Positions 64,000 through 64,000 of a stretch of 64,000 nucleotides of DNA are shown one piece after another (within the stretch, counting starts at the first letter, position 1; the number at the start of each line of letters is the position of its first letter). Location: positions 806,001 to 870,000 of the forward strand of contig NC_019977.1 in assembly GCF_000328665.1 (NCBI RefSeq). Direction: 5' to 3'. The notes under the pieces were generated by a model. That model saw only the letters and a program-made list of their open reading frames with translations, did no database searches and was not told where the DNA came from. The translations under genes and the position numbers were made by a program. The DNA is from Methanomethylovorans hollandica DSM 15978. GTDB taxonomy: Archaea; Halobacteriota; Methanosarcinia; Methanosarcinales; Methanosarcinaceae.

Positions 64000-64000
64000 G

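Overview
Chromosomal segment of a cytochrome-containing methanogenic archaeon (Methanosarcinaceae-like, inferred from gene content and protein style; roughly 40-45% GC by eye). It is mostly housekeeping: pycB(3' end)-pycA-birA, mcm, trmJ, rio2, mobA, topA, gltX, pyrK/pyrD, the heme operon ahbD-ahbA-ahbB-sirC-hemA-hemB-hemL-hemC, a divergent ccmE / polyprenyl synthase / radical SAM cluster, the A1AO ATP synthase operon (H-I-K-E-C-F-A-B-D), bcp, lysA, purA, the rps19e...rpl39e-rpl31e-eIF6-rpl18a-pfdA-ftsY cluster and trpA/trpB(partial). Small accessory patches hold several decayed genes. I saw no rRNA, tRNA, CRISPR array or intact transposase/integrase. Best leads: (1) a 42-aa CcmD-like ORF missing from the ORF track directly upstream of ccmE; (2) a long-chain prenyl synthase plus uncharacterised radical SAM/SPASM enzyme between the heme and ATP synthase operons (candidate methanophenazine or respiratory-lipid biosynthesis module); (3) a secreted triple cupredoxin-like protein with no cysteine, a structured leader and a 3' hairpin complementary to its own RBS; (4) near absence of TAG stops, consistent with pyrrolysine recoding. 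All family assignments come from motif recognition by eye; no searches were run.
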